A DNA stretch of 64,000 bases. Origin: an uncultured delta proteobacterium. Its GTDB lineage: Bacteria > Myxococcota_A > Polyangia > Polyangiales > Polyangiaceae. A program made the position numbers and the translations under genes. The notes beneath the pieces were generated by a model that ran no database searches, was not told where the DNA came from, and saw nothing but the letters and a program-made list of their open reading frames with translations. This document shows positions 43,405 to 53,915 of this stretch, piece after piece. The stretch covers positions 416,001 through 480,000 of the forward strand of contig CAVOKF010000007.1 of assembly GCA_963696385.1 (NCBI GenBank), read 5' to 3'. Numbering within the stretch: position 1 is the stretch's first letter; every line of letters begins with the position of its first letter.

Positions 43405-43553
43405 GATGGGCTCGCCTCGTCAGGATGAGAGCTGCGCCAGAATCCGCCGAGGCAAAATCGCCACAACTTGTTCCGCCTCCCCCAGTCGCAACAAACCATT
43501 GTCGACGAAAATGCAGGTCGAGGGGATGAGAACTGAAGGCCGGCTTCGCGCCT

Positions 43554-43985
43554 TCACGCGCGTGGCGGGATGGGCGCCTTCGTGCGCCGCCCCCACGCGA
43601 CGAAGAGCGCGAGCGCGATGAGCACGAAGTTGAACGGCGTATTCGCCGCCTCGCCGCGCGAGACGTGGAAGACAATCGCGCAACCCTGCAACGCGACGCA
43701 TCCCAGCGCGGCGAGCACCGTGAGCCCGGGCTTGATCCGAGTGATCGAGGGAAGCACGACGCCAAGGCCGCCGAGAATGTCGATCCCAGCGGTGGCGTAC
43801 AAGAAGATCGGGGACACTTGCCCCATCCACGGCATTTTCGACGCGAGCTCGGGGACCGGCGTGGCCAGCTTCCAGAGCCCGCCGCCAACGAACGTGAGCG
43901 CCAGAAGGCCCTGGACGATCCACAAGCCGACGTGGAGGCCCTTGCCCGGCGGATGCTTGGGTTCCCGTTTCGGGATGTCGGTCAT
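43554..43985 (-). CDS. DoxX-like membrane protein
   Basis: LWIVQGLLALTF..GLWKL, ILGGLGVVLP..IKP.LTVLAALG, AIVFHVSRGE. Confidence 0.85.
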   Translation of the reverse strand: MTDIPKREPKHPPGKGLHVGLWIVQGLLALTFVGGGLWKLATPVPELASKMPWMGQVSPIFLYATAGIDILGGLGVVLPSITRIKPGLTVLAALGCVALQGCAIVFHVSRGEAANTPFNFVLIALALFVAWGRRTKAPIPPRA

Positions 43986-44057
43986 CGTGCTTCCTCTCGC
44001 GTGCCTAGCTCGGTCGGAGCGCGGACGCTCCTTTCCGAATCGACCGGAACGTCGGAT

Positions 44058-44450
<393 letters not shown>

Positions 44451-44524
44451 TTGCAGCCTCCTGTGAGCGACGAACCCCTTCGGCGCGGTTCGCAGCCGCC
44501 CCGATGGTTTCCGTTTTGCCTACT

Positions 44525-44551
44525 GACGTTTTAGCGGGAAGGAACGTGACG
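44525..44551 (-). promoter_or_regulatory. ECF41-type promoter for the VOC-DoxX genes
   Basis: Minus strand CGTCACG-N16-CGTC. Confidence 0.55.
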
Positions 44552-44609
44552 ACGGTCACGTCGCATCGTCCAGCTTGTTTTTGCTACGGGTGGGATCCTC
44601 CCCGATGCG

Positions 44610-44636
44610 TGTCACAATGAGGCCCCCTGGTGCGTC
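44610..44636 (+). promoter_or_regulatory. ECF41-type autoregulatory promoter
   Basis: TGTCACA-N16-CGTC, an exact match to the ECF41 consensus, 6 nt before the sigma ATG. Confidence 0.75.
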
Positions 44637-44642
44637 ATCCCC

Positions 44643-45560
44643 ATGACGAACGACAGGAGCGGGAACGTGACCGATGCATCCCTGAGCGCGCAATTCGAGC
44701 AGAACCGGCCCCGCCTGCGTGCGGTCGCGTACCGCATGCTGGGCTCGACCAGCGAAACCGAGGACGCCTTGCAAGAGACGTGGCTGCGGGTCACGCGGGC
44801 CGACATCGGCGCGGTGGACAACCTCGGCGGCTGGCTCACCACCGTGATCACGCACGTGTGCCTCGACATGCTCCGAGCGCGCAAGACGCGCGAGAATGCG
44901 GCGCCCGCGATGGGGGCCGAGGGCGCAATTGCGGCGTCCGCGCCGACCGATCCGGAGCGAGAGCTCGTGCTCGCCGACGCGGTGGGCTCCGCCATGATGA
45001 TCGTGCTCGACACGCTGAGTCCGGCCGAGCGCGTCGCCTTCGTGCTGCACGATCTCTTTGCGCTGTCGTTCGAGGACATCGGCGCCATCGTCGGGCGGTC
45101 GGCTGTCGCGACGCGGCAACTCGCGAGCCGCGCGCGAAGGCGCGTACAGGGGGCCGGAGAGAGGGAGAAAGAGCTCCCGTCCCAGCGCCAAGTCGCTCAA
45201 GCTTTCATGACCGCTTCGCGCGACGGCAATCTCGAAGCGGTGCTCGCCGTGCTCGATCCCGATGTCGTGCTGCGCGCCGACCCCGTGGCCGTGAAAGCCG
45301 CGGCCGCGAACGAGGCGAAGGGCGCGCCGCGTCTCGTCCGCGAATTGCGCGGCGCCGCCGACGTCGCTCGCGTCTTCCTCGGCAGCGCTCAGGCCGCGCG
45401 GCCTGCTCTCGTCGACGGCACGCCTGGCGCCGCGTGGGCGCCCGGGGGCCGGCCGCGTGCCATCTGGGCCTTCAAGGTGGAGCAAGGCCGCATCCTCGAA
45501 GTGCAATTCATCGCCGACCCAAAGACGATCGCGCGGCTCGAGGTGTTGCTCGTCGACTGA
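44643..45560 (+). CDS. ECF41 (SigJ-like) sigma factor with C-terminal SnoaL-like domain
   Basis: RPRLRAVAYRMLGS..ETEDALQETWLR, LSPAERVAFVLHD, RQLASRARRRV, LDPDVVLRAD. Confidence 0.92.
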   Translation: MTNDRSGNVTDASLSAQFEQNRPRLRAVAYRMLGSTSETEDALQETWLRVTRADIGAVDNLGGWLTTVITHVCLDMLRARKTRENAAPAMGAEGAIAASAPTDPERELVLADAVGSAMMIVLDTLSPAERVAFVLHDLFALSFEDIGAIVGRSAVATRQLASRARRRVQGAGEREKELPSQRQVAQAFMTASRDGNLEAVLAVLDPDVVLRADPVAVKAAAANEAKGAPRLVRELRGAADVARVFLGSAQAARPALVDGTPGAAWAPGGRPRAIWAFKVEQGRILEVQFIADPKTIARLEVLLVD

Positions 45561-45781
45561 GCAGGTCACACTCAACCTGGCGCAGGTGATCCGGCTCGGC
45601 GCGGCCCTTGGCGGCAAGAGGCGGACGGCCGATCAAGAGATCCCCGTTTCCGCGGCGTTCTCGCGCGATCCGCCGCGGTGCCTCGGCCCACCCGAGCCCG
45701 GAGCCAAGGTGCTTCAGGGTGATGCCGAGACGGGCGAGACGAGAAGGCCCCCCTCGCGAAGTTCGGAAACGTCCCCGTTGG

Positions 45782-46421
45782 TCACCGGTGGAGAAGCTTG
45801 AACGCCACGTCACGTCCCTTGCCCCCGACCGTCGCGAGGTGAATCCACAGGATCGCGAGTGACTCGAGGTGGCGCGCGTTGCGAAGCGGTCCGACATCGA
45901 CGGGCTCGAAGCCGAGCGTGCGAGCGAGCTCCGAGACCGTTCGTTTCGCCTCTGCATCGTCGCCGGCGAGATAGAGATCGGCCACCGCGGTACCGAGCTT
46001 AGCGTCCGCGTGGAATTCGGCGCCGAACGTGTTGAATGCCTTTACGAGACGAGCGCGGGGAAACCGGCGAGCGAGGTGAGCGGTGACAGAGCCCTCCTCG
46101 GGCGGCATATGTACGGGACCGGCATTCCACGTCAGCGGGTTGGTGCAATCGACGATGACGGCGCCGAGGATCCCGCTCGCCTCCTCGAGCACCGCCGCCG
46201 CCGCGTCGGCCGGCACCGCCAAGAAGACGACCTCGACCCGAGGACCTAGCCCCTTGGTATCGACGGCGTGCGCGCGATCGCCGAGCGCGTTCGCGAGCTT
46301 CTCGACCTTGTCTGCGTCCCGACTTGCGATTCTGTACGTCGATCCCGTGCTCTGCGAGATTGCGAGCCAGCGCGGTGCCGACGGCACCCGTGCCCACGAC
46401 AGCAGCCGATCGAATGCCCAT
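45782..46421 (-). CDS. F420-dependent NADP oxidoreductase-like dinucleotide-binding enzyme (apparent frameshift near 46334)
   Basis: VVGTGAVGTALA in one frame; VFLAVP, IVDCTNP, LVKAFNT, AGDDAEAK, DVGPLRNARHLE in another. Confidence 0.8.
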
Positions 46422-46541
46422 GTCCTTCTCCTTGCCTTCCTCGTGCCATCGGAAGGGACCTCGCGTGGACGCTCGATGGCGTCGCGCGACCCAAAGCTAG
46501 TGCGTCCCATGGCGCCCACAATGTCCGCCCGATGGACCTTC

Positions 46542-46559
46542 TGTCCCATTCGTGGGACA
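46542..46559. promoter_or_regulatory. LysR binding palindrome
   Basis: TGTCCCA-TTCG-TGGGACA between the divergent oxidoreductase and LysR genes. Confidence 0.6.
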
Positions 46560-46573
46560 ACTTTTTTCTCCTC

Positions 46574-47480
46574 ATGAGCTCAGCGCGTGCGCTCGATCCG
46601 TCGGCCCTCCTCCTGCTCGCTGCCGTGGCTCGTGAAGGCGGAATCCGGGGCGGGGCGGCGAAGCTGCGCGTCCCACGGTCCACGGTGAGCCGCCGGCTCG
46701 TCGATCTCGAGGAGACAGTCGGCGTACGGCTCGTGGTGCGCACCGCACGCCGGTTTCAAATGACCGATCTCGGGTGGGCTCTGGTCCATCAAGGCGAGCG
46801 GATCGACGAGATCGTGCGTGCTTCGACGGAGCTCGTGCACCGATCGTCGGTCGAGCCAGGCGGTACGCTCCGCGTCGCCGTTGCGCCGCTCCTTGGCGAG
46901 GCCCTCTTGCCGGAGGTGCTCTCCGAGTACCTCCGCCGATACCCGAGGGTGCGCGTCGATCTTCTCCTCTCGGCCGAGTACGTCGATCTGCGGCGATCGA
47001 ACATCGACGTGGCGTTGCGGTCGGGGCCGATCCCGGACGCGACCGATTCTGTTCGCCACGCGCCTGGGTACGTCGGTGACGGGTCACTATGCGAGCCCGG
47101 GCTATCTCGCTGCGCGAGGGACGCCGCGTAGGCCGTCCAATCTGGCCGACCACGATTGCATCGTCGTCGGCGGCGACGGCACGACCTGGATGTTGCGCGA
47201 ACGCCAAAAGGACGTCGCGTTTGACGTGAACGCGCATGTTCGGGCCAACGATTTCCATATCGCACGGGCGCTCGCCGCATGCGGCGCGGGGGTGGTGCGC
47301 CTCGCCAGGTTTTTCGCCGAGGATCACGTCCGAGCGGGCACGCTGGCGCCCGTGCTGGAGGCGAGGTGGCCGCGCGTGCCCGTGTTTGCCGTGCACACGT
47401 CGGTGAGCCCGGCGCCAACGAAGATCGCGGCGTTCGTCGCGCTCGTCCGCGCCGCAGCACCGCGCATTCTGGAGGAATGA
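46574..47480 (+). CDS. LysR family regulator (CrgA-like; apparent frameshift near 47048)
   Basis: HTH STVSRRLVDLEETVGVRLVVRTARR, PGGTLRV, IDVALR; continues in another frame as YASPGYLAARGTP..LADHDCI. Confidence 0.85.
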
Positions 47481-47509
47481 GCCTCGGGGTTCATGGGTGG
47501 CCGCCTTAC

Positions 47510-47538
47510 GTGACAGCTTGAGCGGCGCGCGCTAAGGT
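47510..47538 (+). promoter_or_regulatory. Sigma70-type promoter of the DAHP synthase leader
   Basis: GTGACA-N17-TAAGGT. The predicted start site falls at the leader GTG (47546). Confidence 0.55.
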
Positions 47539-47545
47539 GACATCT

Positions 47546-47623
47546 GTGAAGCTCGGTTCGACGTTTTACGGGTTTACCTTTTCATGGGCCGCTACCACGC
47601 GGCACCAGAGGTCGACCTCGTAG
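47546..47623 (+). CDS. Attenuator leader peptide MKLGSTFYGFTFSWAATTRHQRSTS
   Basis: 25 codons with clustered Phe (TTT x3), Tyr and Trp. Overlaps the antiterminator arm at 47604-47613. Confidence 0.8.
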   Translation: MKLGSTFYGFTFSWAATTRHQRSTS

Positions 47624-47651
47624 ACGATTCGAACAATCTCTCAGGTCAAAG

Positions 47652-47692
47652 ACCCCTGGTCGCCGCGAGCGACCAGGGGTTTTCGCTTTTCT
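47652..47692 (+). terminator. Intrinsic terminator of the attenuator
   Basis: ACCCCTGGTCGC-CGCGA-GCGACCAGGGGT (12-bp stem) plus TTTCGCTTTTCT, just upstream of the DAHP synthase ATG. Confidence 0.85.
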
Positions 47693-47705
47693 GGAGCCCG
47701 AAGCC

Positions 47706-48827
47706 ATGCACGCCACGAACGATGTTCACGTAGTCGACACCCGACCGCTACCGACCCCGAACGAGCTTAAGGCCGACCTTCCCCAGACGCCCGAGGTGGC
47801 CGATCTCGTCGTTCGGTCTCGTAACGCGATTCGCGACGTCATCGCGGGGGAGAATCAACGTCCTCTCGTCATCGTCGGACCGTGTTCGGTGCACGATCCG
47901 CAGGCGGCGCTCGACTACGCCGAGCGCCTCGTCGTTCTCAAGCGCCGGTACGAAGACGAGCTGCTCGTCGTCATGCGCGTGTACTTCGAAAAGCCGCGGA
48001 CGACCGTGGGGTGGAAGGGGCTCATTAACGATCCGCACTTGAACGGGAGCCACGACATCGCCGAAGGCCTTCGCGCCGCCCGGCGAGTCCTCCTCGAGGT
48101 CGCGCGGATCGGGATCGCGGCGGCGACGGAGATGCTCGACCCCATCGCCCCGCAGTACCTGGCGGACCTCGTGAGCTGGACGGCAATCGGCGCGCGCACC
48201 ACGGAAAGCCAGACGCATCGCGAGATGGCGAGCGGGCTGTCGATGCCCGTGGGCTACAAGAACGGCACGGACGGCAGCCTGCAGGTGGCCATCAATGCGC
48301 TCGTCGCCGCGTCGCAAGCGCATAGTTTCCTGGGCATCGATGGCAACGGGCGAGTCGCGATCATCCGGACGACCGGCAACCCCGACGGCCACATCGTGCT
48401 CCGCGGCGGTAGCTCGGGGCCGAACTACTCGGCAGCGCACGTGGCCGTGGCGGGCCACGCGCTAGCGAAGACGGGCGCCAAGCCGCGCATGCTCGTCGAC
48501 TGTAGCCACGACAACAGCGGAAAGAACTTCCGCAATCAGCCCGCCGTGGTCGACGACGTAACCCAGCAGATCGCGCACGGTTCGCCGCACCTCCTTGGCG
48601 TCATGATCGAGAGCAACATCGGCGAGGGGCGGCAGGATCTGAGCGCCGGGACGGCGCCCCGTGATCTCGCTTACGGCGTGAGCATCACCGACGGGTGCAT
48701 CGACTTGCCGACGACCGAGCGCGTGCTTGGGACGCTCGCTCGCGCCGTTCGTTCGCGCCGATCGGTTTTGCTCAAGGCCAGCGAGGTCGATGACGATCTA
48801 CCGAAGTCGGGACTGCTTGCCCAATGA
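47706..48827 (+). CDS. Class I DAHP synthase (AroF/G/H type)
   Basis: IVGPCSVHD, MRVYFEKPRTTVGWKGLINDP, IGARTTESQTHREMASGLS, VDCSHDNS, YGVSITDGC. Confidence 0.97.
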   Translation: MHATNDVHVVDTRPLPTPNELKADLPQTPEVADLVVRSRNAIRDVIAGENQRPLVIVGPCSVHDPQAALDYAERLVVLKRRYEDELLVVMRVYFEKPRTTVGWKGLINDPHLNGSHDIAEGLRAARRVLLEVARIGIAAATEMLDPIAPQYLADLVSWTAIGARTTESQTHREMASGLSMPVGYKNGTDGSLQVAINALVAASQAHSFLGIDGNGRVAIIRTTGNPDGHIVLRGGSSGPNYSAAHVAVAGHALAKTGAKPRMLVDCSHDNSGKNFRNQPAVVDDVTQQIAHGSPHLLGVMIESNIGEGRQDLSAGTAPRDLAYGVSITDGCIDLPTTERVLGTLARAVRSRRSVLLKASEVDDDLPKSGLLAQ

Positions 48828-49002
48828 CGCGGACTCTTCGCCGGCCGGCGCGCTTTGCGCTTCCTGTCTCGCCCCCATCGGCTGCGTCGGTTGCGCCCGA
48901 TTCGGCCGGCTCCTGGAACACCGTAACGAGGCCCGAACCCCGCGCTAGTCTCTCGTGTCGAAAGCTGGTTCCGGACTCGGATGGCGCCCCGGATCGTCAC
49001 GG

Positions 49003-50601
<1,599 letters not shown>

Positions 50602-50836
50602 CGGACGCGAGGATAATGGATCCGCGCGCCGGCATCCCGCAAAGGAAGAAAGGCCTCTTGGCGCGGTCCAATTTGCCTCATCCAACCCGAACGACCCACC
50701 TCGGGCCGCCAAACGGCTCAAACAGACCGAGCGACAGACTGGCCATCGGCGAAACGCCCCCGATTCCGCGCCGACCGAGGCCGAGGCACCCCCGTGGGGC
50801 GCGGAGGGCCGGTGGAGCTACACTGGGTGGCGCGTC

Positions 50837-51481
50837 ATGCCCGAACCCACCGACCGCCAAGTGCAGGAGCGCATGGGCCAGAGCTATGCTCTCGACCGGC
50901 TTTGGGGTGAGACGATGGGTTTGACGTCCGGCGACACCAAGGAAAAGCCCCTGCGGGAAGTCATCGCCGTGCTGGAAGCCACGGGAACGGCCTACGCCGT
51001 GATTGGCGGCATCGCGATGCAGATTCATTCTTCGGAGCCCCGAACCACGCTCGACATCGACCTCGCGGTGCGGTTTTTTGCCGACGTGCCGTCCGATGCG
51101 CTCGCCAAGGCGGGCTTCGCGCATGAGGGTCGCTATGCGCACAGCGACAATTGGCGAGCGCCCGGGATGGGGCCCCGGGTCGAACGCGTCCCCGTGCAGT
51201 TCTCGGCCGAAGACGTGGGCATCGAGGAGGCGATCGCTCGGGCTCGGGTCGTCGACGCGGGCGGCTTTCGACTTCGCGTCGCGGCTCCCTTCGACCTGCT
51301 CGTCCTCAAGCTCGCGGCCGCCGAAGAGCCCAGACGTCGGCCAACCAAGCGGCTCCAGGATATGACCGACATTGTCCTGCTATCCAAGGAATTCCCCGAG
51401 GTCGCCGCGGCATTCCCAGACCTCCAGGAGCGGGTCAACCGCCTGGCGGCGGATCTGCTCACCGTGGACCGGGGCGAGTAG
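50837..51481 (+). CDS. Nucleotidyltransferase-fold protein (AbiEii/DUF6036-like)
   Basis: YAVIGGIAM..H..PRTTLDIDL, DLLVLKLAA, KRLQDMTDI. Confidence 0.75.
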   Translation: MPEPTDRQVQERMGQSYALDRLWGETMGLTSGDTKEKPLREVIAVLEATGTAYAVIGGIAMQIHSSEPRTTLDIDLAVRFFADVPSDALAKAGFAHEGRYAHSDNWRAPGMGPRVERVPVQFSAEDVGIEEAIARARVVDAGGFRLRVAAPFDLLVLKLAAAEEPRRRPTKRLQDMTDIVLLSKEFPEVAAAFPDLQERVNRLAADLLTVDRGE

Positions 51482-52029
51482 ATGCCATGTTGCTGGCGTC
51501 GGTGACGGTCGTAGCGATACCGCGCCGGGGGAGGCCAGGAAGAAGGGAGCGAAGGGGCGGCGCGGTGGCTCGTCGTCGGCACGCTGCGAGGAAAGGCCAA
51601 AACGCCGGGGCGGTGGCGACCTGCCGCGATGCCGCCGACGAGCACGAGGGCAGAGCGTCTCCTCGCGTGGAGCCGGCACAAGGCTGCGTCATGATGAGCA
51701 GCAAAGGGCCTCGGGGGTGTTCCTCGGGCCAACGACCGGTCGAGCCGGCGAGCGTGCTCGACTCCACGGAGGAGACATGAAGTATCTTGGATTGGATGTG
51801 CACGGGAAAGCAACCGTGTTTTGTCTGCTCAACGCGGAGGGCGAAGTCGTCGAGAGGGGCAGCCTGCCGACGACGGCGCCCGATTTGACGAAGCTGATCC
51901 AGAGGCTCTCGTCGATCGACACGCTGCTCTGCGGTCAGGAGGTGGGGACGATGACCCACTTTGTCCATGACGTCGTGACGAGCGCGGGAGCGAAGATCCT
52001 GTCGTTCAACGCGCAGCATCTTCGGATGA
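51479..52029 (+). mobile_element. IS110-family element, truncated copy (non-coding left end plus 5' part of the transposase from 51777)
   Basis: 551 bp identical to 62729-63278 except one G. Encodes MKYLGLDVH..QEVG, then breaks off. Confidence 0.9.
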
Positions 52030-52220
52030 GGGCGAGGGCCGTCCCTGCCGCGATCGGTGCAGCTCGCGCCGAAGCGCTCGACAGGCCGCTCCGGCAAAAA
52101 TTCTGCCATGGCGACCGTGGCGAAATCAGGAACTGCGAATGCCAGGTCCGCGACAACGACCGACGCCGGTACCGGGAACGCAAGGATCGCACGCGCGGCC
52201 CGGCAGTGGCTGGTTGCAGC

Positions 52221-52942
52221 GTAACCGCTGCATAGAGAGGCGTTCTTCCGCGGGGTTCGATTCGTGGGCAAGCTGGGGCGCATGACGAAAGAGACGGAAG
52301 CGAAGTGGGTGGAGCGCATACGGGAATGGCGGGCGAGTGGACTTTCTGCCGAGAATTTCGCGAGGACCAAGGGGTACAAGCGTCGACGCTGTGTTGGGCA
52401 GCGTCGCAAGTGCGGCGCGCAGCCGAGTTAGCTGCGCCGACGTCGCCGCGTTCAGGGGAAGCACAAGGCGGGGGACGGGCGGAGCGGCAGACACCGTCAT
52501 GCAAGGCGCCGCGGTTTTTGCCTGATCGCGCCGGCCCGTCGGAGCCGTATTTCTGGACCGCAAGCTCGCGAAACTCGCGCCCGCTCAGCGCAAGGCGCAA
52601 CGCGACGGCTCCGACGACCACGCGGGGGCTGCCGGCAACACCCTGTCGCTGATCGCCTCGTGCAAGCTCCACCGACTCGACCCCGAGCTGACCTCACGGA
52701 GATCATCCGCATCCTGCCGTACTGGCCCCGTGACCGGTACCTCGAGCTCGCCCCGAAGTATTGGGCCGCCACGCGCGCACGCCTCTCGCCCGACGAGCTC
52801 AAGCTGCCGCTCGGGCCTATCACCGTGCCTCCGCCCCCCTCGAAAGAGCAGACCTCGTCGAACTGAACGACCGTCGTTCACGCACGCGAAGATGCCCCCT
52901 GCCGCTTCGGCACGCCATAACGCCTCTTCGTGCAGCGCTTAC
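52221..52942 (+). mobile_element. Internally deleted (non-autonomous) IS66 element
   Basis: 24-bp IRs starting GTAA (20/24 match). TnpA remnant at 52282 (KWVERIREWRASGLSA) and TnpC C-terminal remnant (LIASCKLH..YWPRDRYLELAP). TSD GTTGCAGC at 52213-52220 and 56623-56630. Confidence 0.85.
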
Positions 52943-53106
52943 GTTGTGTCCTTGCGGCACGGCTGCGGGGCGGGGAGTACGAGGGGGGGGTCTGGCGGGG
53001 GGGGCGTGCGAGAGGGGCGGGTCGCGGCGGGCGGCGGTGGCATTCGGCAACAGTGCGTGAAGTCGACGCGTGACTCGGGCAGCGTCGCGGTCAGGAGGAA
53101 GACCTG

Positions 53107-53520
53107 ATGAATCGAACGAGTATCGGGGCAACGGGCGCTCTAGAAAGTCTGCGCGGGCGGATAGAGCGGTGGCGAGCCGGATGCGGAGGCAAGCGGTCGA
53201 GGGTGCCGCAGGAGCTGTGGAACGCGGCGATCGAGGTGGCTCGCCGCGAAGGGGTGTGGGCGACGTCGCGGGCGACGCGTTTGAATTACCAAGGGCTGAA
53301 GGACCGGATGAGCCAAGCGTCGACGGGTTCGGCGATCGAGACGACGTCGCCGTCGTTCATCGAAGTGGCGATGCCGGCGGCGAGGACGGCGGACGGGTCG
53401 AGCCGGACGGTGATCGAGCTCGAGGGTCGAGGCGGAGAGCGGCTGCGCGTGGAGGTGACGGGCGCGAGCGGGTTGGACGTGGTCGGATTGGCGCACGCCT
53501 TCTGGAGACGCGAGCGATGA
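53107..53520 (+). CDS. tnpA: IS66 accessory protein TnpA-like
   Basis: RIERWR..RVPQELWNAAIEVAR..GV..LNY..LK, SFIEV. ATGA overlap with tnpB. Confidence 0.75.
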   Translation: MNRTSIGATGALESLRGRIERWRAGCGGKRSRVPQELWNAAIEVARREGVWATSRATRLNYQGLKDRMSQASTGSAIETTSPSFIEVAMPAARTADGSSRTVIELEGRGGERLRVEVTGASGLDVVGLAHAFWRRER

Positions 53521-53894
53521 TCCAGCTCACGCCGCAGATGCGGATTCTGGTTGCGGTGGAGCCGGTGGACTTTCGGCGGGGGATCGACGGGATGTGCCGG
53601 GTGTGCCGGCAGATCTTGTCGAGCGATCCGTTTTCGGGAGCAGTGTTCGTATTTCGAAGTCGTCGGGGGACCGCGATTAAGATTTTGGCGTATGATGGGC
53701 AGGGATTCTGGCTCTGCCAAAAGCGTTTGTCGCAGGGTCGATTTGCACATTGGCCACGAAGCGGCGCTGGCGACGAGAAGACTCGCCAGCTGCTGGCGCA
53801 CCAAGTGCAGGTGCTGCTGATGGGTGGCAATCCGGAGGCGACGCAGGCGGCGAGCCCGTGGCGTTCCGTGACGCCGGACGTCGCGGCGGCGTAA
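53517..53894 (+). CDS. tnpB: IS66 accessory protein TnpB
   Basis: MIQLTPQMRILVAVEPVDFRRGIDG, DPFSGAVFVFR, KILAYDGQGFWLCQKRLSQGRF. Confidence 0.93.
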   Translation: MIQLTPQMRILVAVEPVDFRRGIDGMCRVCRQILSSDPFSGAVFVFRSRRGTAIKILAYDGQGFWLCQKRLSQGRFAHWPRSGAGDEKTRQLLAHQVQVLLMGGNPEATQAASPWRSVTPDVAAA

Positions 53895-53915
53895 GCCGGC
53901 CGCGCTCATCGCCGT

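Noticed and set aside
52030..52220. Read-through tail of the truncated IS110 ORF as a fusion protein
   Set aside because: Sequence after 52029 is unrelated DNA that originally adjoined the hxsC stop codon. No recognisable product in any frame.
53517..53894. tnpB as an RNA-guided IS200/IS605 TnpB nuclease
   Set aside because: It is the unrelated 125-aa IS66 accessory TnpB, with no RuvC or Zn-finger motifs.
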